A stretch of 64,000 nucleotides of DNA from Octopus vulgaris (lineage: Eukaryota): contig OX597814.1 of NCBI GenBank assembly GCA_951406725.2, positions 140,182,001-140,246,000 of the forward strand, in the 5' to 3' direction. Every line of letters starts with the position of its first letter. Positions within the stretch are counted from its first letter, which is position 1. This document shows positions 11,353 through 24,724 of the stretch, in pieces. The notes under the pieces are model-generated. The model saw only the letters and a program-made list of their open reading frames with translations. It made no database searches and had not been told where the DNA came from. Both the position numbers and the translations under genes were made by a program.

Positions 11353-11540
11353 AAAAAATTTAGGAATATTTGTCATTTCCAACAATTCTTTTTAAAAATT
11401 TTGGAATTTTTGCCATCATTTCCAATAATTCTTTTTAAAAATTTGGAATTTTTGCTATCATTTCCAAGAGTTCTTTAAAAAATTTTGGAATTTTTGCCAT
11501 CATTTCCAATAATTCTTTAAAAAATTTTGGAATTTTTTTT
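11353..11540. repeat. Minisatellite, ~42-bp unit x ~4.5
   Basis: Unit AAAAATTTTGGAATTTTTGCCATCATTTCCAATAATTCTTT(T) starts at ~11355, 11395, 11437, 11477 and 11519. Confidence 0.9.
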
Positions 11541-11664
11541 TGACTCATTATATCATATAACTTTATCCTTCATGCTGTATGGTGCCTACCTTTAAGATTC
11601 CAGTTGAGGACTAACTTGTCTATTTTATTAATAACCACTGTGTTGCCACGGCTCCTTATTTCAG

Positions 11665-11745
11665 ACATGTTGAGAGAAAACCCATTCTGAGAAGAAATTT
11701 TGCTTATTACAATCTGACGGGTTTGGAGAAAGACGTCCGTGAAAG
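11665..11745 (+). CDS. Candidate 81-nt symmetric (phase 2-2) cassette exon of an unidentified gene: (R)HVERKPILRRNFAYYNLTGLEKDVRE(R/S)
   Basis: Acceptor CTCCTTATTTCAG, donor AAG|GTTGGC, length a multiple of 3, open only in phase 2, CpG-retaining, GCATG ~25 nt downstream. Confidence 0.55.
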
Positions 11746-14700
11746 GTTGGCTTAATTTGTACTGGTATTCGCATGTCTCTCTTAACTCTTCTTCTTCAAA
11801 CAATGGATATTTACTACCCATTAACTTTGTGGACTATTGTTACTCTCTAGTAGGGAGGTGTGCAGTGTGGTAAAGTCTATTTAGAATATTCCTTTACACC
11901 CTTCCAATTTAACAATAAGTTTCTGTTGTTATATAAAAATACTTTTTTTCAACCAAGGGATCGTTATTAGACCCCCTTTAAAATCTTATGAAAATTTTGT
12001 TATTTTCCTGGCAGAAATATTCTGTGTTACATATTAGGTATACCAGTAATTTTATGTGTATTATTGTTCAGGCCATTTATGAAAGTAATAATTTGTAATA
12101 AAAATTGTTTTAAAGAAGAATAATTGACCACATTAACATCTAAAATTATTGGAACACATCAATTTAATGGTCTCCCCTCTTCAGTGATTATCTTGAAAAC
12201 AGCTCCTCAACTGTAAAAAGATGTTTTACTTGGATTTATAAAAAAAATGTCACAGTAACTATATATTACTGTTATTTTCCTTATGTTTTTTTTTTAATCT
12301 AAACTTCCATGCAACTTTGTTTAATGTGAAAGTAAAAACTTTTAGCATCTTTTGAGATCTGTGGTGTACTTTATTGGAAATTATGAATAATAACGAAGTA
12401 AATTGTTTTGTAGAATACATAATTATTTAGTGGGTTGTGCTATTATAGCACACAGTTTTTAAAACTGCTAGACACATGTGAAACACATCCTTTGTCTATT
12501 TCTATATATTCTAACAGAATACAGTTTGAGGCAGTCTTGATATAAAAAAAAAGTATCTTCTTGTAAGCTTATTCTATAACTGAATTAATTGACTAAGTCA
12601 AGTTGCTAATGTAAACAGTAATTTCAGATAAATGTAGTTAAATCTGCCTTAAGAGAAACACATTACTTTGAGGAGATTCCATTCTCATAATTCTAAAGCA
12701 AACAGCGTTATCATGCTTTGACCAAATTTGTTGAATCCATGCCACAACTACTCCACACCCAGGCAATGTTATGTCTTTGTTACTCATTTCTCAATATCAT
12801 TATGTGCTCAATTAATTTTCTTTTCCAATTATATTATACGCATACACACATACATACATGTTTAAAGTTTAAAAGACTTCAGATAATGTAATTATAATTT
12901 AGTAATATTTTAAAATTACATACTTTAGAAAGACCTGAATTAGAAAATGGTTTCTGTATTTGAAAAACAAATAGTCCTTTTTTGTACTTTTGTTTCTAAA
13001 CTACTTAATGCATGCCATTTCATGTGGAATCCCTTTTTATTCTTGATTTATTTGCTTGGCTGTTTTATTCTTTGTTTTGGCCCTTCTCTTCAGTCTACTG
13101 TATTCATAAAACAACTTTTTTTCTAGATTTTTACTTAGAAATTTCCAATAAGTTATCAATATTTTCATAATCTTAAAGTCTTACTGTGACATAAGGCTAC
13201 AATGAGAAAAAATTATTGCAGGAGTATTTTCAGTTTAACTATTTTATCATAAATTACTACCAAACAGATACATAATAAAATGAATATTCTATACATTCTT
13301 CTTCATAAAACTCCAAGGGAAATTCTTTCAATCCTTTATTGGTAGACCATATTGTAAGAATAATTTGGCAGTTTTCCCAAAATTTCATTAAAGAAAATAG
13401 ATTTACATTAGTTATATTTACTGTAATAGTAGAGAGAGCTGAAATATTAAGCAGTGTGGTTGCATTTTGATATGAAATTTTGAATAATATCAGTTTTGAT
13501 TTACAAGGATTTTCTCTCGAATATGATGATTCAAATATCATTAATTGTAATTAAATATTCCCATTTGGCTCTTTCAAACCAAATCTTTTTATTTAAATTT
13601 CAAGAGAAATATCTCAGAAAGCAATTATATTGAGGAAGAGCCATCTTAGAAAGATATTTATACTTTTACATTCTTTTTGATGAGGAAGCTTTCTCTATCA
13701 ATATTTTAATCTTTTCATATAAATATGGAACAATTATTGGTTTGTGCTGAAGCTCAGGTAAAGGAAAAATACTATTTACATGCCCAAATGAATAGCTTTA
13801 ACACAAAGACCTTTTAAGTTGAAGTACTTAAATATAGGCTTCATTGATAAAATCTGTGCATGTATGTATGCTTGTATGTGTATGCATATATGCATGCATG
13901 TGTGTGTGTGCAGGGACATATGTGTATATGAAAGAGAATAAATCTTAAAATTTTTATAAGAATGATGCTTTTGTTAAGAGATGATCATTTAATCTCTGTT
14001 TCAAAGGAATTGATGTATAATAGGAGAAATACATTCAATGATATGGATTTTCTGTATTGTGAATGTTGAGTAAAATGTCTAGTGGCTAAATTTATTCCTA
14101 CTCTGTTGCAAGTTGTTTAATACTGGTGTCTTAGACTTGAAGCCACAGATTTCAGAGGAGAGTGTGGAATGACATTGTATGATGTTCATTTGCTTACACC
14201 AAGATTTGAAACCTAATCATAACACTAAGAAATCACCATGTCATAGCTTAATACTAAATTTGTATACAGTAACCAGCTAACTAATAAAATGAGAGAGTTT
14301 TTTCCCTTCCTTTCCATATTATTAACTTTTATGATAATAGCAGCAGATGTGCACATCAAAATAAATGGTCACTCAATGGATTCAATTAGTTGTCTGTGTA
14401 GATGCTGGCCCTACAAAATGGAATTCAATGGAATTTTGGTGACATCTTCAGTTTATGGCAAGAAGATTACTGATTCCATCAATATCAATTATTTAGTTGA
14501 TTGTTAATTATCCAACCTTACTTGTAGTCAAATAATTTACATTATAATGTAAAAACAAATTCTAAATTTATTGGGTTTACCAACAAATTACAATAATAAA
14601 CTGGTAGAAATTTAATTATATTTATTCATTTACTTGTCTATAGTATTCCAATATTATAGTAGTAGACTGGCAGAATTGTTAAGAGTTGGTCAAAATACCT

Positions 14701-15489
14701 AGTGGTATTTATTCTTTCAGACTACATTCCAAGTTCAAATCCTGTCAACACCTCTATCTAGAGTTTATAAAATAAACACTAATCAAGTATTGGGAATGTT
14801 TTAATCAACTGCTACTTTTGTCTCCCAGTTCAGCGTTCAGCTGAGAATCTCAAATGAATCTTCTTCGGACTGCTTGCTCTTTAAGAGCAGATGAATCTGT
14901 TAACCTTGTCAGCCACTGTACCCCTATGAGGAGCAGTGATCTCCAATATTACTAGACAGTGAGTCTGGTACAAGTTAATAGAAGAAGAATATAAGTGATT
15001 TATGTATAACTATTAAAGATTATGTCATAGGAAAATAAGCTTTCTAATTCTGTTAATTACTCATTTTACTTAGTACAGCCTTGTAGAAATGTAATTGTTA
15101 ATAACCAGATGTAGTAATAAATTATTCAATATCAGATTGAATGTAAATTGTGTGTGTGCTTGAGTCTATTAGACCTTCTCATTTATAATGTTATCTTTCC
15201 TGTTAGAGAAAGCAACAATATAATCACTCAAACTTAAGTTTAAATTTTCCAAAGAAATATATTACAATATTTTAACAAACCAATCAAATCCAGAATCTAA
15301 GGAAAATGGTGACAATTAGTTGATAGGAGAGGTCATAAAAGAATTCAGTAAGTTTACTTGTGATGAATGAGGAACCTTATATTTCAAGCATTTGCCCTTC
15401 ATCTAAAAATCAAAGCCTAATTCTCCTTTTATAAATATTTAATAAAATGATATATAAAAAAAGAAAGGAAAGCATTCAGACAGTAGCAG

Positions 15490-16000
15490 CAAAATGTATC
15501 ACCTATGTGTAGTACTTTACGAGTTAGTAATCATGTAAGAGAAACAACCGAGGCTCTGTGAAATATTCAAGACATGTTTGGTAAAATATTGTGCGTGTGA
15601 GAAATGTCAGGTTTAGGGATGTTAACTGTAGTTGACAAACAGCATGTTATTGATGACCTATGAAATTTGATTATTGTCAGTGGCACTTAAGGAGGAATTT
15701 TCTATGACTGTTAAATTGTTCTAAAATGTCAATGCATGTTCTAAAGGCAGCCATAATATGGTAAAGAGCCAAATGTAACAATTAATGCCACTTGAATTGT
15801 CAGATGTATAATGTAAGAGAGCTTCTCAGATCTCTGCGAGTTCCAAAGTATCTTTTGACAGTTTAATAATAAAGAGTGGGTACTCTATTAAGATATTAGA
15901 TTAAACACAGATCCTTTGAATGCAGCTTTTTGAAAAGAACTAGCATACACTAGAATGGAAAGCAAATCTTCATCCTGATTAAGTTTTGTGCTTAGTTGAG
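15490..16000 (+). mobile_element. Highly degenerate mariner-like transposase relic
   Basis: Frameshifted patches resemble the mariner N-terminus/HTH and catalytic start (VVLYE, TTEAL*NIQDMFG, MPLELS, KEWVLY, NLHP). Confidence 0.35.
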
Positions 16001-17617
16001 TAAAGCTAGTATAAAATATCATAACCCAATTATAAAGCTTGTATAAATGAACTATATGCTAAAATTCTTTGGTTCTCCAGAAAACAATTGCTCCATTGAT
16101 GAAGGTATTTGCTTAGGCAAAAAAACTTGTACATATTCCTTACTTTTGCTGTTTTCATGATACTATCTATGTAAAGGGTTTCAAAACAATCTTAAATTAT
16201 CAGAATTACTTTTACAGCAGATGACATATCAAAATATAATACAATTTCTTATACGTCTTGACACAAAATCAGTTGAATTTTATTAACTGTATTAATGCGT
16301 TTGTTATTTTGCCTTTTTAAATCTTAAGTTGAAATGTCATTACTTATAAAATGTTTTCAAAACATAGAATTAGTAAATATTCCTTCAAACTTGCTTTGTT
16401 TAGTGACTTGAACTTAATTTCAACTGAAATAGTTTAGGAAATATTTTGGCACCTATTGCATGTTGATTTATTGCAGTATTGTAAATAATAGCACAATGAC
16501 TGATCAGTAGTCAGTATCTGTGTGTGTCTGTGTCTGTGTCTATGTGTATGAGTGTGTGTGTGTGTCTGTGTCTGTGTGTATGAGTGTGTGTGTGTCTGTG
16601 TGTATGAGTGTGTGTGTCTGTGTGTATGAGTGTGTGTGTGTGTATGGTCTACCAGCTTAATGTCATCAGTTGACATTTATTCTCTCCCTCCTCTGACAAA
16701 GTTTCCTACTCAAAACATTAGCCTTTCCTCCTTCTTTATGACATGAAATATTATTCCACTGTTTCAATAACTTATGTTATTTTTTACCAATGCATGGAAT
16801 AACTCGTTTCTTCAGATTCTACTGCTTTACAATTTAAGATAGGTTTCAAGGATATAAAAACACTAAACTGTTTAACTAATGAGAAAGTAAAATAAACACA
16901 AAGTTGTTTAGAGACTATAATTCTTCCAGAATAATTATATTTATTTTACTAGAATCAATATTTTTTCCTATACAACCTGATTCTAGCTTCAATACTTTAT
17001 AAAAAGAATGCAGTAGATTTCTCTCTCTCTCTCTCTCTTTTTTTTTTTTTTTTGGTAATGTTTTTTGTTTGCAAATTCTTGGACCCTATTGTAATGCATG
17101 TTTCCTTGGCAAAATATGTGCATGTCTACCAACCTACCTTCCTGATATTTTGCTTTTGTTTGAGCTTTTACTTTGGCAGTAAATTTGTGCATGTAGCCTT
17201 CCTCTGCTTCAATAGTTTATATAATGTAATCATTAACTTTTTTAAGAATTACTCAATTTTTTCAGCCCTGTTTTAACTTCTGTTCACTTTCCACATAAAA
17301 CCACACCATAAAATATTACTGGTAAATAAGTAATATTAAAGAGATAACTAAAAGGATACATGGTTTATACAAATGTAGGAAACATATTACATTTATACTT
17401 ACTTGTCTGTCTCTCTGTCTCTTTCTCCTACTATCTTTCTATCTATCTATCAACTTCCCTGTAGCTTATGTTGGTTGACACTACCAAATTGTACAATATT
17501 GACCAAAGGTAACAAAATTGTGAGGATATATGGTTAATAACTATGTGGGGTTGAGCTTGTCTACATCCATTGTATGTGTTTTTTATTGTGCTACATTTCC
17601 ACTATATATATATATTG

Positions 17618-17900
17618 AATTTGGTCAATGCCAGTGCTCCCTGACTGGCTCCTGTGCCGGTGGCACATAAAGAGCACCATCCGAATATGGTCGATGCCAG
17701 TGCCCCTGACTGGCTTCCATGTTGGTGGCATGTAAAAAGCACCCACTACATACTCAGTGGTTGGCGTTAGGAGGGGCATCCAGCTGTAGAAACACTGCCA
17801 GATCAGATTGGAGCCTGGTGCAACCCACTGGCTTGCCAGACCTCAGTCAAACTGTCCAACCTATACCAGCATGGAAAGCAGACGTTAAATAATGATGATG
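17618..17900 (+). mobile_element. RTE-LINE 3' end (tandem-unit 3'UTR and tail)
   Basis: Same units and tail as 92-400. Confidence 0.75.
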
Positions 17901-18089
17901 AGGATGATTGTGTGTGTGTGTGTGTGTATATGGATGTGTCGGTAAGTATATATGTGAGTGTTTATAAGTGAAGAAGATGTTGCAACTGTGTGGATGTACC
18001 TGTGATTTATATGGCCAACCTAGGTAAGATTTGAACCCAAAGGGAAAAAACAATGTAACTAGATGCCACAAAGCATTGTATTTAACACT

Positions 18090-18092
18090 ATG

Positions 18093-18129
<37 letters not shown>

Positions 18130-18203
18130 TAATAATGATAATAATAATAATAATAATGATGATGATGATGATGATGATGGTGATGGTGGTGGTGGTGGTG
18201 GTG

Positions 18204-18236
<33 letters not shown>

Positions 18237-18248
18237 ATAATAATAATA
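18090..18248. repeat. Compound trinucleotide microsatellite (TAA)n(TGA)n(TGG)n(TAG)n(TAA)n
   Basis: Visible directly in the sequence. Confidence 0.95.
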
Positions 18249-19552
18249 CTGGGAAGAAGTGGCTAGTAAAAGACCAAAGTCCAACACACACACACACACA
18301 CAAGCACATAAGCATATGCATTGATACACAAATATACACTATTAGATACATGGTCAAGTACACTCATGCCTACACAGGTACAGCTCTTTCATTAATTCTT
18401 CCCATGCTGTCTTTATTAATTTCTCCTCTACCATCTCAAACAAATCGCCCTGTTTCTCTCATCATGCTTTTGCTTCCTTCTCTCTCTTACCTAGTTCATT
18501 CTCCGTTAATACTCTTCTTCTGATGTTGTTTCAAATAGAGGCTCTGGAATCTTTTGTGATGTACAAAGTAACCTCTCTGTTGCTGATGCCATGATAAAAT
18601 ACACTAAGTATATTCTATAAATGGTTGGCAAATGAATGGGGATAACATAACTTTGAAAGAAACCTTTAGCCTGATCAAGGACATGTCAATTTCTCTAGTG
18701 CTCATGCCTCATTAAAATGCTTCCAGTACACTCTGTAAATGGTTGGCAATAGAAAAGGCATCTAGCCATATAAATCAAACCAAAATTGGCACATACTGTA
18801 TTTGATGATATATGAGACACATTTTTCCAAATAATTTTCTCGAAAAAATCCCCTCAGGTCTTATATACAAAGTTGAACTTGTACCACATGCTTTCATGCA
18901 CTCAAAACTTTTTTCCTGCATATCGGGGTGCCTCTAATATGTTTGTATACCTTGATTGTCCTTCAACCTGATTGAAAGGACAATAACTCCAAATAAGAAT
19001 TGTCTCAAACTGTACAGGCCCATCCAACTATTTCAGAGTTTAAAATGGATGTTAAAATGATGATGATGGTAAGTACATGTACACACACACACACATTTAG
19101 CATTTATGCAAGTTGTGCAGGTGTATCTCAATCTGAATGAAAAAGATTTTGAATTATATTAGAATAACAATTCCAAAATAAGTAATATTAAATCTAAATT
19201 GGCTATATCTATATTATCCGTTACATCCCTTCAGGTTGATTGGGGTGAGGTAGTTTATTAAGGGCTGTAACCTTCTGCTCTCAATTACTGACTGTGAACC
19301 TTAACCTTATATAAAACAGCATTAAAGTGTTCAGATTGTATCATCTATTTATTCAAGATTACTAATGAGTTATATCATGCAGTCTGTTTAGTAGAGAATG
19401 TTATCATCTCATTTACATTCAGATATACAAATTAGTAAATACAATAACTTTATTTCATTAATATATATCACCATTATCATCATAATCATAATAATCCTTT
19501 CTAGTATTCTACATAATAATCCTTTCTACTAGAAAGGATTATTATTATTATA

Positions 19553-19975
19553 ATAATCCTTTCTACTATATAGGCATAAGGCCTAAAATTTTAACAAGAG
19601 GGCTCTAATCAATTGCATTGCCCCTTGCGCTCAACCAGTACCCCAAAGTGAGGAAAGGTAAAATCAACCTCAGTGGCATTTGAACCCAGAACATATAGCC
19701 TGAGGAAATGCCACTAAGCATTTTATCACATAAGGTAACAATTCTGCCTGATCACCACCATTATCATAATCATCATCATCATAATAATAATAACGATCTT
19801 TTCTACTAAAGACACAAGGCCTAAAATTGGGGGAAGGGGATAGTCAATTTCATTGACCAAAAAAGGATGAAAGCAAAGTCGACCTCAGCGGAATTTGAAC
19901 TCAGAACATAGGGACAGATGAAATGCTGCTAAGCATTTTACCTGATGTACTAACAATTCTGCCAGCTCACCATCT
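19553..19975 (-). mobile_element. Two tandem family-C SINEs
   Basis: Two copies (~19553-19760 and ~19795-19975), each with GGAAAGG/GAAAGCAAAGTCGACCTC...ATTTGAACTCAGAAC...ATTCTGCC on the plus strand. Confidence 0.7.
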
Positions 19976-20777
19976 GGAAAATCATAATAATTATAATAAT
20001 AATAACAATTCCATTTCTTTTTTCGAGCTGGCATAAGTTGGATGAGGTTGCTTAACAACAAATGTCTCAAATTTTCAATCTGGCATTGTCTTATGTATGA
20101 AATCTACTTTCCACAACTCTGATTTCACTATTTAATCCCAGATGATCCTTGATAAATTTACTATTAGTTTCAACTGTCTTCCACCTCTGACATATGGTCA
20201 TTGTACATTCAGTATATGTCAGTTATTAATATTATATGTCTGCAGTAGAATAGCAATCTCTCCTGTCATTTTTTTTTTTATAAATTTCGTTTTTCTTTTC
20301 TTTTTTTCCCTTGCCACTTGTGCTTTCTCATAGATTAATATAACAATTTCAATAGATTGTACCCAACTCTCCAGTTGCTGCAGAAAGAACATCAGTATTC
20401 ACCATCATGTTTTGCTGCTGCAGAACATCACATTTCTGACACACATCTTAGAAAGCTACATTGCATACTAAGTGAAAAATGTTTTCTTAGTATTTTTTAT
20501 GTAGGTATATGAATGTAGTGCCAAGTAATGGAAACATATAAAGTCATAAATATAAGCTAATATTGAACAGTAAGAACGATAGCTCAAAACTGCATTGGTA
20601 GATAAATATTCTTTATTTGTGAGTTGACAAGGCAACCAATGGTTTCATGTTAGAATATCATCACAATTGTTCAAGTCTACTACATGGAAATGTTGGTACT
20701 CATCTCCCTTTGGGATTTCACATATATGTGTGTGTGTGTGTGTGTGTAAATATATATATATAAAATATGTATGTGTG

Positions 20778-20819
<42 letters not shown>

Positions 20820-20820
<1 letters not shown>

Positions 20821-21850
20821 TTGTCATCATCATTTAACGTCTGCTTTCCATGCTGGCATGGGTAAGATGGTTTGACAGGAGATGGCTAAGCAGAAGACTG
20901 CACCAGGCTTCTCTGTCTGTTTTGTCAGGGTTTTTATGGCTGAATGCCCTTCCTAACACCATATATATATATCACCATTATTTAACATCCATTTTCTATG
21001 CTGGCATGGGCTGGATGGTTGACAGTCTGACAAGACTGCACCAAGATCTGCTGTCTGCTTTGTCATGGTTTCCATAGCTGAATCCTTCCTAACACCAATC
21101 ACTGTATAAGTGCTTTTTATATAGCACCAGCACCAGTGAGGTTACCAAGTACTTGCAGGACAAATATCCCTCAACTGAAAGAGGAAGTGGTATTGAGGGA
21201 GGTGACTTTGTGCCAGGTAATGAGAGAGTAAACTATGATAGAGAGACATAAACAGGTATTTTGTTGTAGAGGAGATACATGGTTATTCCAGTTGGAAAAG
21301 GGAGAAAATGGTAATACAGAGAGGTGAACGTGTAAATGGAGTGTTACAGAAGATTGAACAGAGTGAGTGAGCAGGGAGCTCACAAGAGTGCAAAGGTGGA
21401 GAGGGGAGGAGAAGGAGAATGCAAGAAGTGAGTGTATAAGGGAGTGGCAGGGTAGCAGTGATACAGTTGATAGACAGAGGACAGGAGATAAAGATGACAA
21501 AGCATCAGTGGGCTGCAGGAATTGAGTGAGAGACAAGCATAGTGAATGAAGAGATGTATTTTCGTTCATTGAGGAGGTGGGGGGGTGAATTAATAGCCAG
21601 CATGGAAGGCAGATATTAAGCACTGATGATGATGATGTGAGTGGCATACACAGCACTTTCAGAAATCTGTTTCACTTAAGTGGATGAGTCTGCTCAAGAA
21701 CACCCCCCCCCCCCCGGTATCACCAGACATTTCAGTTTGTTGTCATTTCCTCTGTGAGGCTCGACATCTTGAGATCAGTCCTCACTACTTCATCTCATGT
21801 CTTCTTGGGTTTCCTTCATCCACAGGATCCGTCCAATTTTAGAAATGTAC
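20820..21850 (-). mobile_element. Fragmented RTE-LINE 3' ends
   Basis: Tails at 20820 and 20970 (AACGTCTGCTTTCCATGCTGGCATGGG). Minus strand 21715-21850 translates LKLDGSCG*RKPKKT*DEVVRTDLKMSSLTEEMT (RTE C-terminus). Confidence 0.6.
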
Positions 21851-22069
21851 ACGACATTATATACATGCGCGTGCACACACACATACACACATACACACAC
21901 ACACACACATATGTTCAGCATGACCACAGGTGCATGTTGAAGCATGCAAAAATTATGTGTATACATATATATATATACAACATTTGCTAAGAAGTGTCAA
22001 AGCAGACTGTTTAGTCTACCTCAAATATGCACAAACATACATGCACTTACTGAACAACATTTTATTACT

Positions 22070-23225
22070 AATTTAGTTTTTCTTTATTTATCTGCTGAAT
22101 TTGCTACAAATTTAGAGTAGAAATTCCAAACATGGAAGCAAAACCTGGAAACAAGAGGTCTTAAAATAAACCTTGTAAAGATAAACATTTTAGTTAGCAG
22201 CAAATAAGGTAGGACTCTAATTTTATCTGGGAAGTGGAATTATGCAGAAAAAAATATTAACAAGACCTCCATATGATGTGCCTAAATGTAAATTATAGGT
22301 GCACAAGAGATGCAGTGGAATTACCAGCAGGCTGACAGAGAAAGAATACCTCATGCAACTGATGCACAGGAATAGTCAGCAAATAGTATGAGCACTCATG
22401 AAATAAATTCATTCAAACGCTTGAAAAGTTTGCTTAAAGTAGTTGATAGCTTCTTATTTCTTTATTGCCCACAAGGGGCTAAACATAGAGGGAACAAACA
22501 AGGACAGACAAAGGGATTAAGTCAATTACATTGACCCCAATGCGTAACTGGTACTTAATTTATCGACCCTGAAAGGATGAAAGGCAAAGTTGACCTCAGT
22601 AGAATTTGAACTCCAAACGTAACAGCAGATGAAATACCGCTAAGCATTTCGCCCGGCGTGCTAACGTCTCTGTCAACTAGCCGCTTTTAGTTGATAGCTT
22701 CTGTGAATGAGATGATCTAAATAGCGCACAGTGGGGGGCCGTTCTGAAAGTATGACAGTCGAAGTAAGAATGGGGGGGGTGCTTGGTTCAGAGGGATTTT
22801 TTTCTCTGAGTGAAGAGCAGATTGATTATTGTGCGATGAATGCAACGGTAGTAAAACATATGCACTGATTGCAGAAAATGTGCAGAAGGTGGAAAGAAAC
22901 GAGGCAAGCATGCTCTACTGGATGTGTTATGTTACTGTGTAAGAATAATGGAATACAAATGAGCTGAGAGAAAAACTAAATATAAGACAAATCAGATGTA
23001 GTGTGCAAAAGTGGTATGGCCATATATGTATGAAGGATGGCATTTGAATAATGGGGTACCAAACAATTCAAGTAGAAGGAACCTGTAGAAGAGGAAAACA
23101 CAGGTAGTAATGAAAGCTGATCTCTGGAGATTGAGATCAGGAGAGGACAAGAAATTACAAGTGGCACAATGTCATGCTACCTATACAAGCATGGAAAACA
23201 GAAGCAAAATGAGAATGATGATGAT
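22070..23225 (+). mobile_element. Degenerate RTE-clade LINE (RT C-terminal half to 3' tail), interrupted by a SINE
   Basis: Patches: KFQTWKQNLETRGLKINLVK, CKL*VHKRCSGITSRLTEK, LKVVDSF, GSKTYALIAENVQKVERNEASMLYWMC, LREKLNIRQIRCSVQKWYGH, VEGTCRRGK. Ends AGCATGGAAAACAGAAG...GATGATGAT. Confidence 0.8.
22455..22687 (-). mobile_element. Family-C SINE, full length, with 15-bp target-site duplication
   Basis: TAGTTGATAGCTTCT occurs at 22440-22454 and 22688-22702; the element splits the LINE's VVDSF codons. Confidence 0.9.
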
Positions 23226-24299
23226 GATAATATTGATGATGATTATTATTATTTACTTGATTCATAAAACCAAAGCATTACATTGTCTTCACTTTTTATT
23301 AGTCTCTGTAGAGTAAAAGATAACTAGCTAATTCACAACATAATCCTCTGTTGAGGAAATCTTAGTTTATATGAGGTTTTAAAATGAAATAGCATTTCCA
23401 GTACTTCTCTGCATTTCCACATATCCATATATATTTTTTTTTTAAATTCTTTTATTTCTATGTTCTTAAGTTTCATACTGCATGCTAATTCTGTCTCCTT
23501 TATATTTTTCTTTTCCCCTAGTGTCTCATAAATTTGTTTCATGTCTCTTTTTTTTAATCACTATATGTTCCTCTCCCACCACTTTTACCTTCCAGTTGGT
23601 ACTGCACTGTGTTTTAATTCCCAAAATCTGTTTTGAGTTAAAGAAATAAAAGACAATCCTATTTTAGTCTGAGAGAAGCAGAATTATTTTTCGCTCTTCA
23701 ATGACCAGCTTATGATAAAATGAATTTCCATTGTCTAAAGCCTCACCTTAAAACACTTCACTGAAAACAAACAAAAAATTTGTACAGTTAACCCTTCTTT
23801 TAAAATACCTGATTCTTTCATTTCCACAGATGGTGACTTCTTACCCTTCAGTAACTCCTCAGTCATGCATGCAGCTGATAGATTATTGATCAGTTATTTG
23901 GCATGATATTTCCAATATTTTATCAAAATTCTTCATCTTTATATCTGATGGAGAAGCCTCTGAACTTGAAGAATATAAAAATATGGTTTTGAGCCTGCAA
24001 TGCTGCTTCATGAGTGTGAGTTGAAGTATGCTCAGAAAGCACACAGCAATGCTGCTCTCAGGCAGGAAGTTTCTTAATGTATAACTGAGATATGGCTGTA
24101 GAATAAGTGGTGGGCATGATGGGCCACATGCAGAAGATGAAAGATAAATTAATGTGCATGTATATGTGTGTGTATGTATACACACACATATACATATATA
24201 TATACACACACACACATATATATATGTATGCTTATATACACATATATATGGGTGTATTCCTGCATATTTTTGTGTGTATTCCTCTTTCCAAAATTTCAG

Positions 24300-24512
24300 G
24301 CTTTTTGACAGAATACTGAGGTGTTGGGAAAATGCTTTGTGGTGTTTAGTCAACTCCTTTACATTCTCAGTTGAAATCCTACCAAGGTCAACTTTGCCTT
24401 TCATCCTTATGCATTGGATAAAATAAGTACCAGTCAATTTCTGGGGTCGGTGGTATTAACTACACCCCCTTCCTTCAGAAACACTGGTCTTGTACCTAAA
24501 TTAGAAACAAAA

Positions 24513-24571
<59 letters not shown>

Positions 24572-24700
24572 CAAGGTCAGCTTTGCCTTTCATCCTTTCG
24601 GGGTTGATAAAATAAGTACCAGCTGAGTACTGGGGTCACTGTAATTGGCTTATCCCCTCTCCTGAAATTTCAAGCCCTGTGCCTATAGTAGAAAGGATTA
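24300..24700 (+). mobile_element. Two tandem family-C SINEs separated by (TTA)n
   Basis: AAGGTCAACTTTGCCTTTCATCC...AAGTACCAG motif at ~24384 and ~24573; (TAT)n at 24513-24569. Confidence 0.75.
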
Positions 24701-24724
24701 TTATTATTGTTGTTGTTATTGTTA

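Noticed and set aside
11570-11821. Minus-strand 83-aa ORF as a gene
   Set aside because: No recognisable motif; better explained as the antisense shadow of the + strand 81-nt exon candidate.
14829-14958. Exon-like island with a CCCAG acceptor and GTGAGT donor
   Set aside because: Stops in all three frames and the acceptor abuts a decayed SINE; could only be a non-coding or poison exon, which cannot be supported here.
17847-18363. Poly-His/poly-Tyr/poly-Pro ORFs
   Set aside because: Translations of the compound trinucleotide microsatellite.
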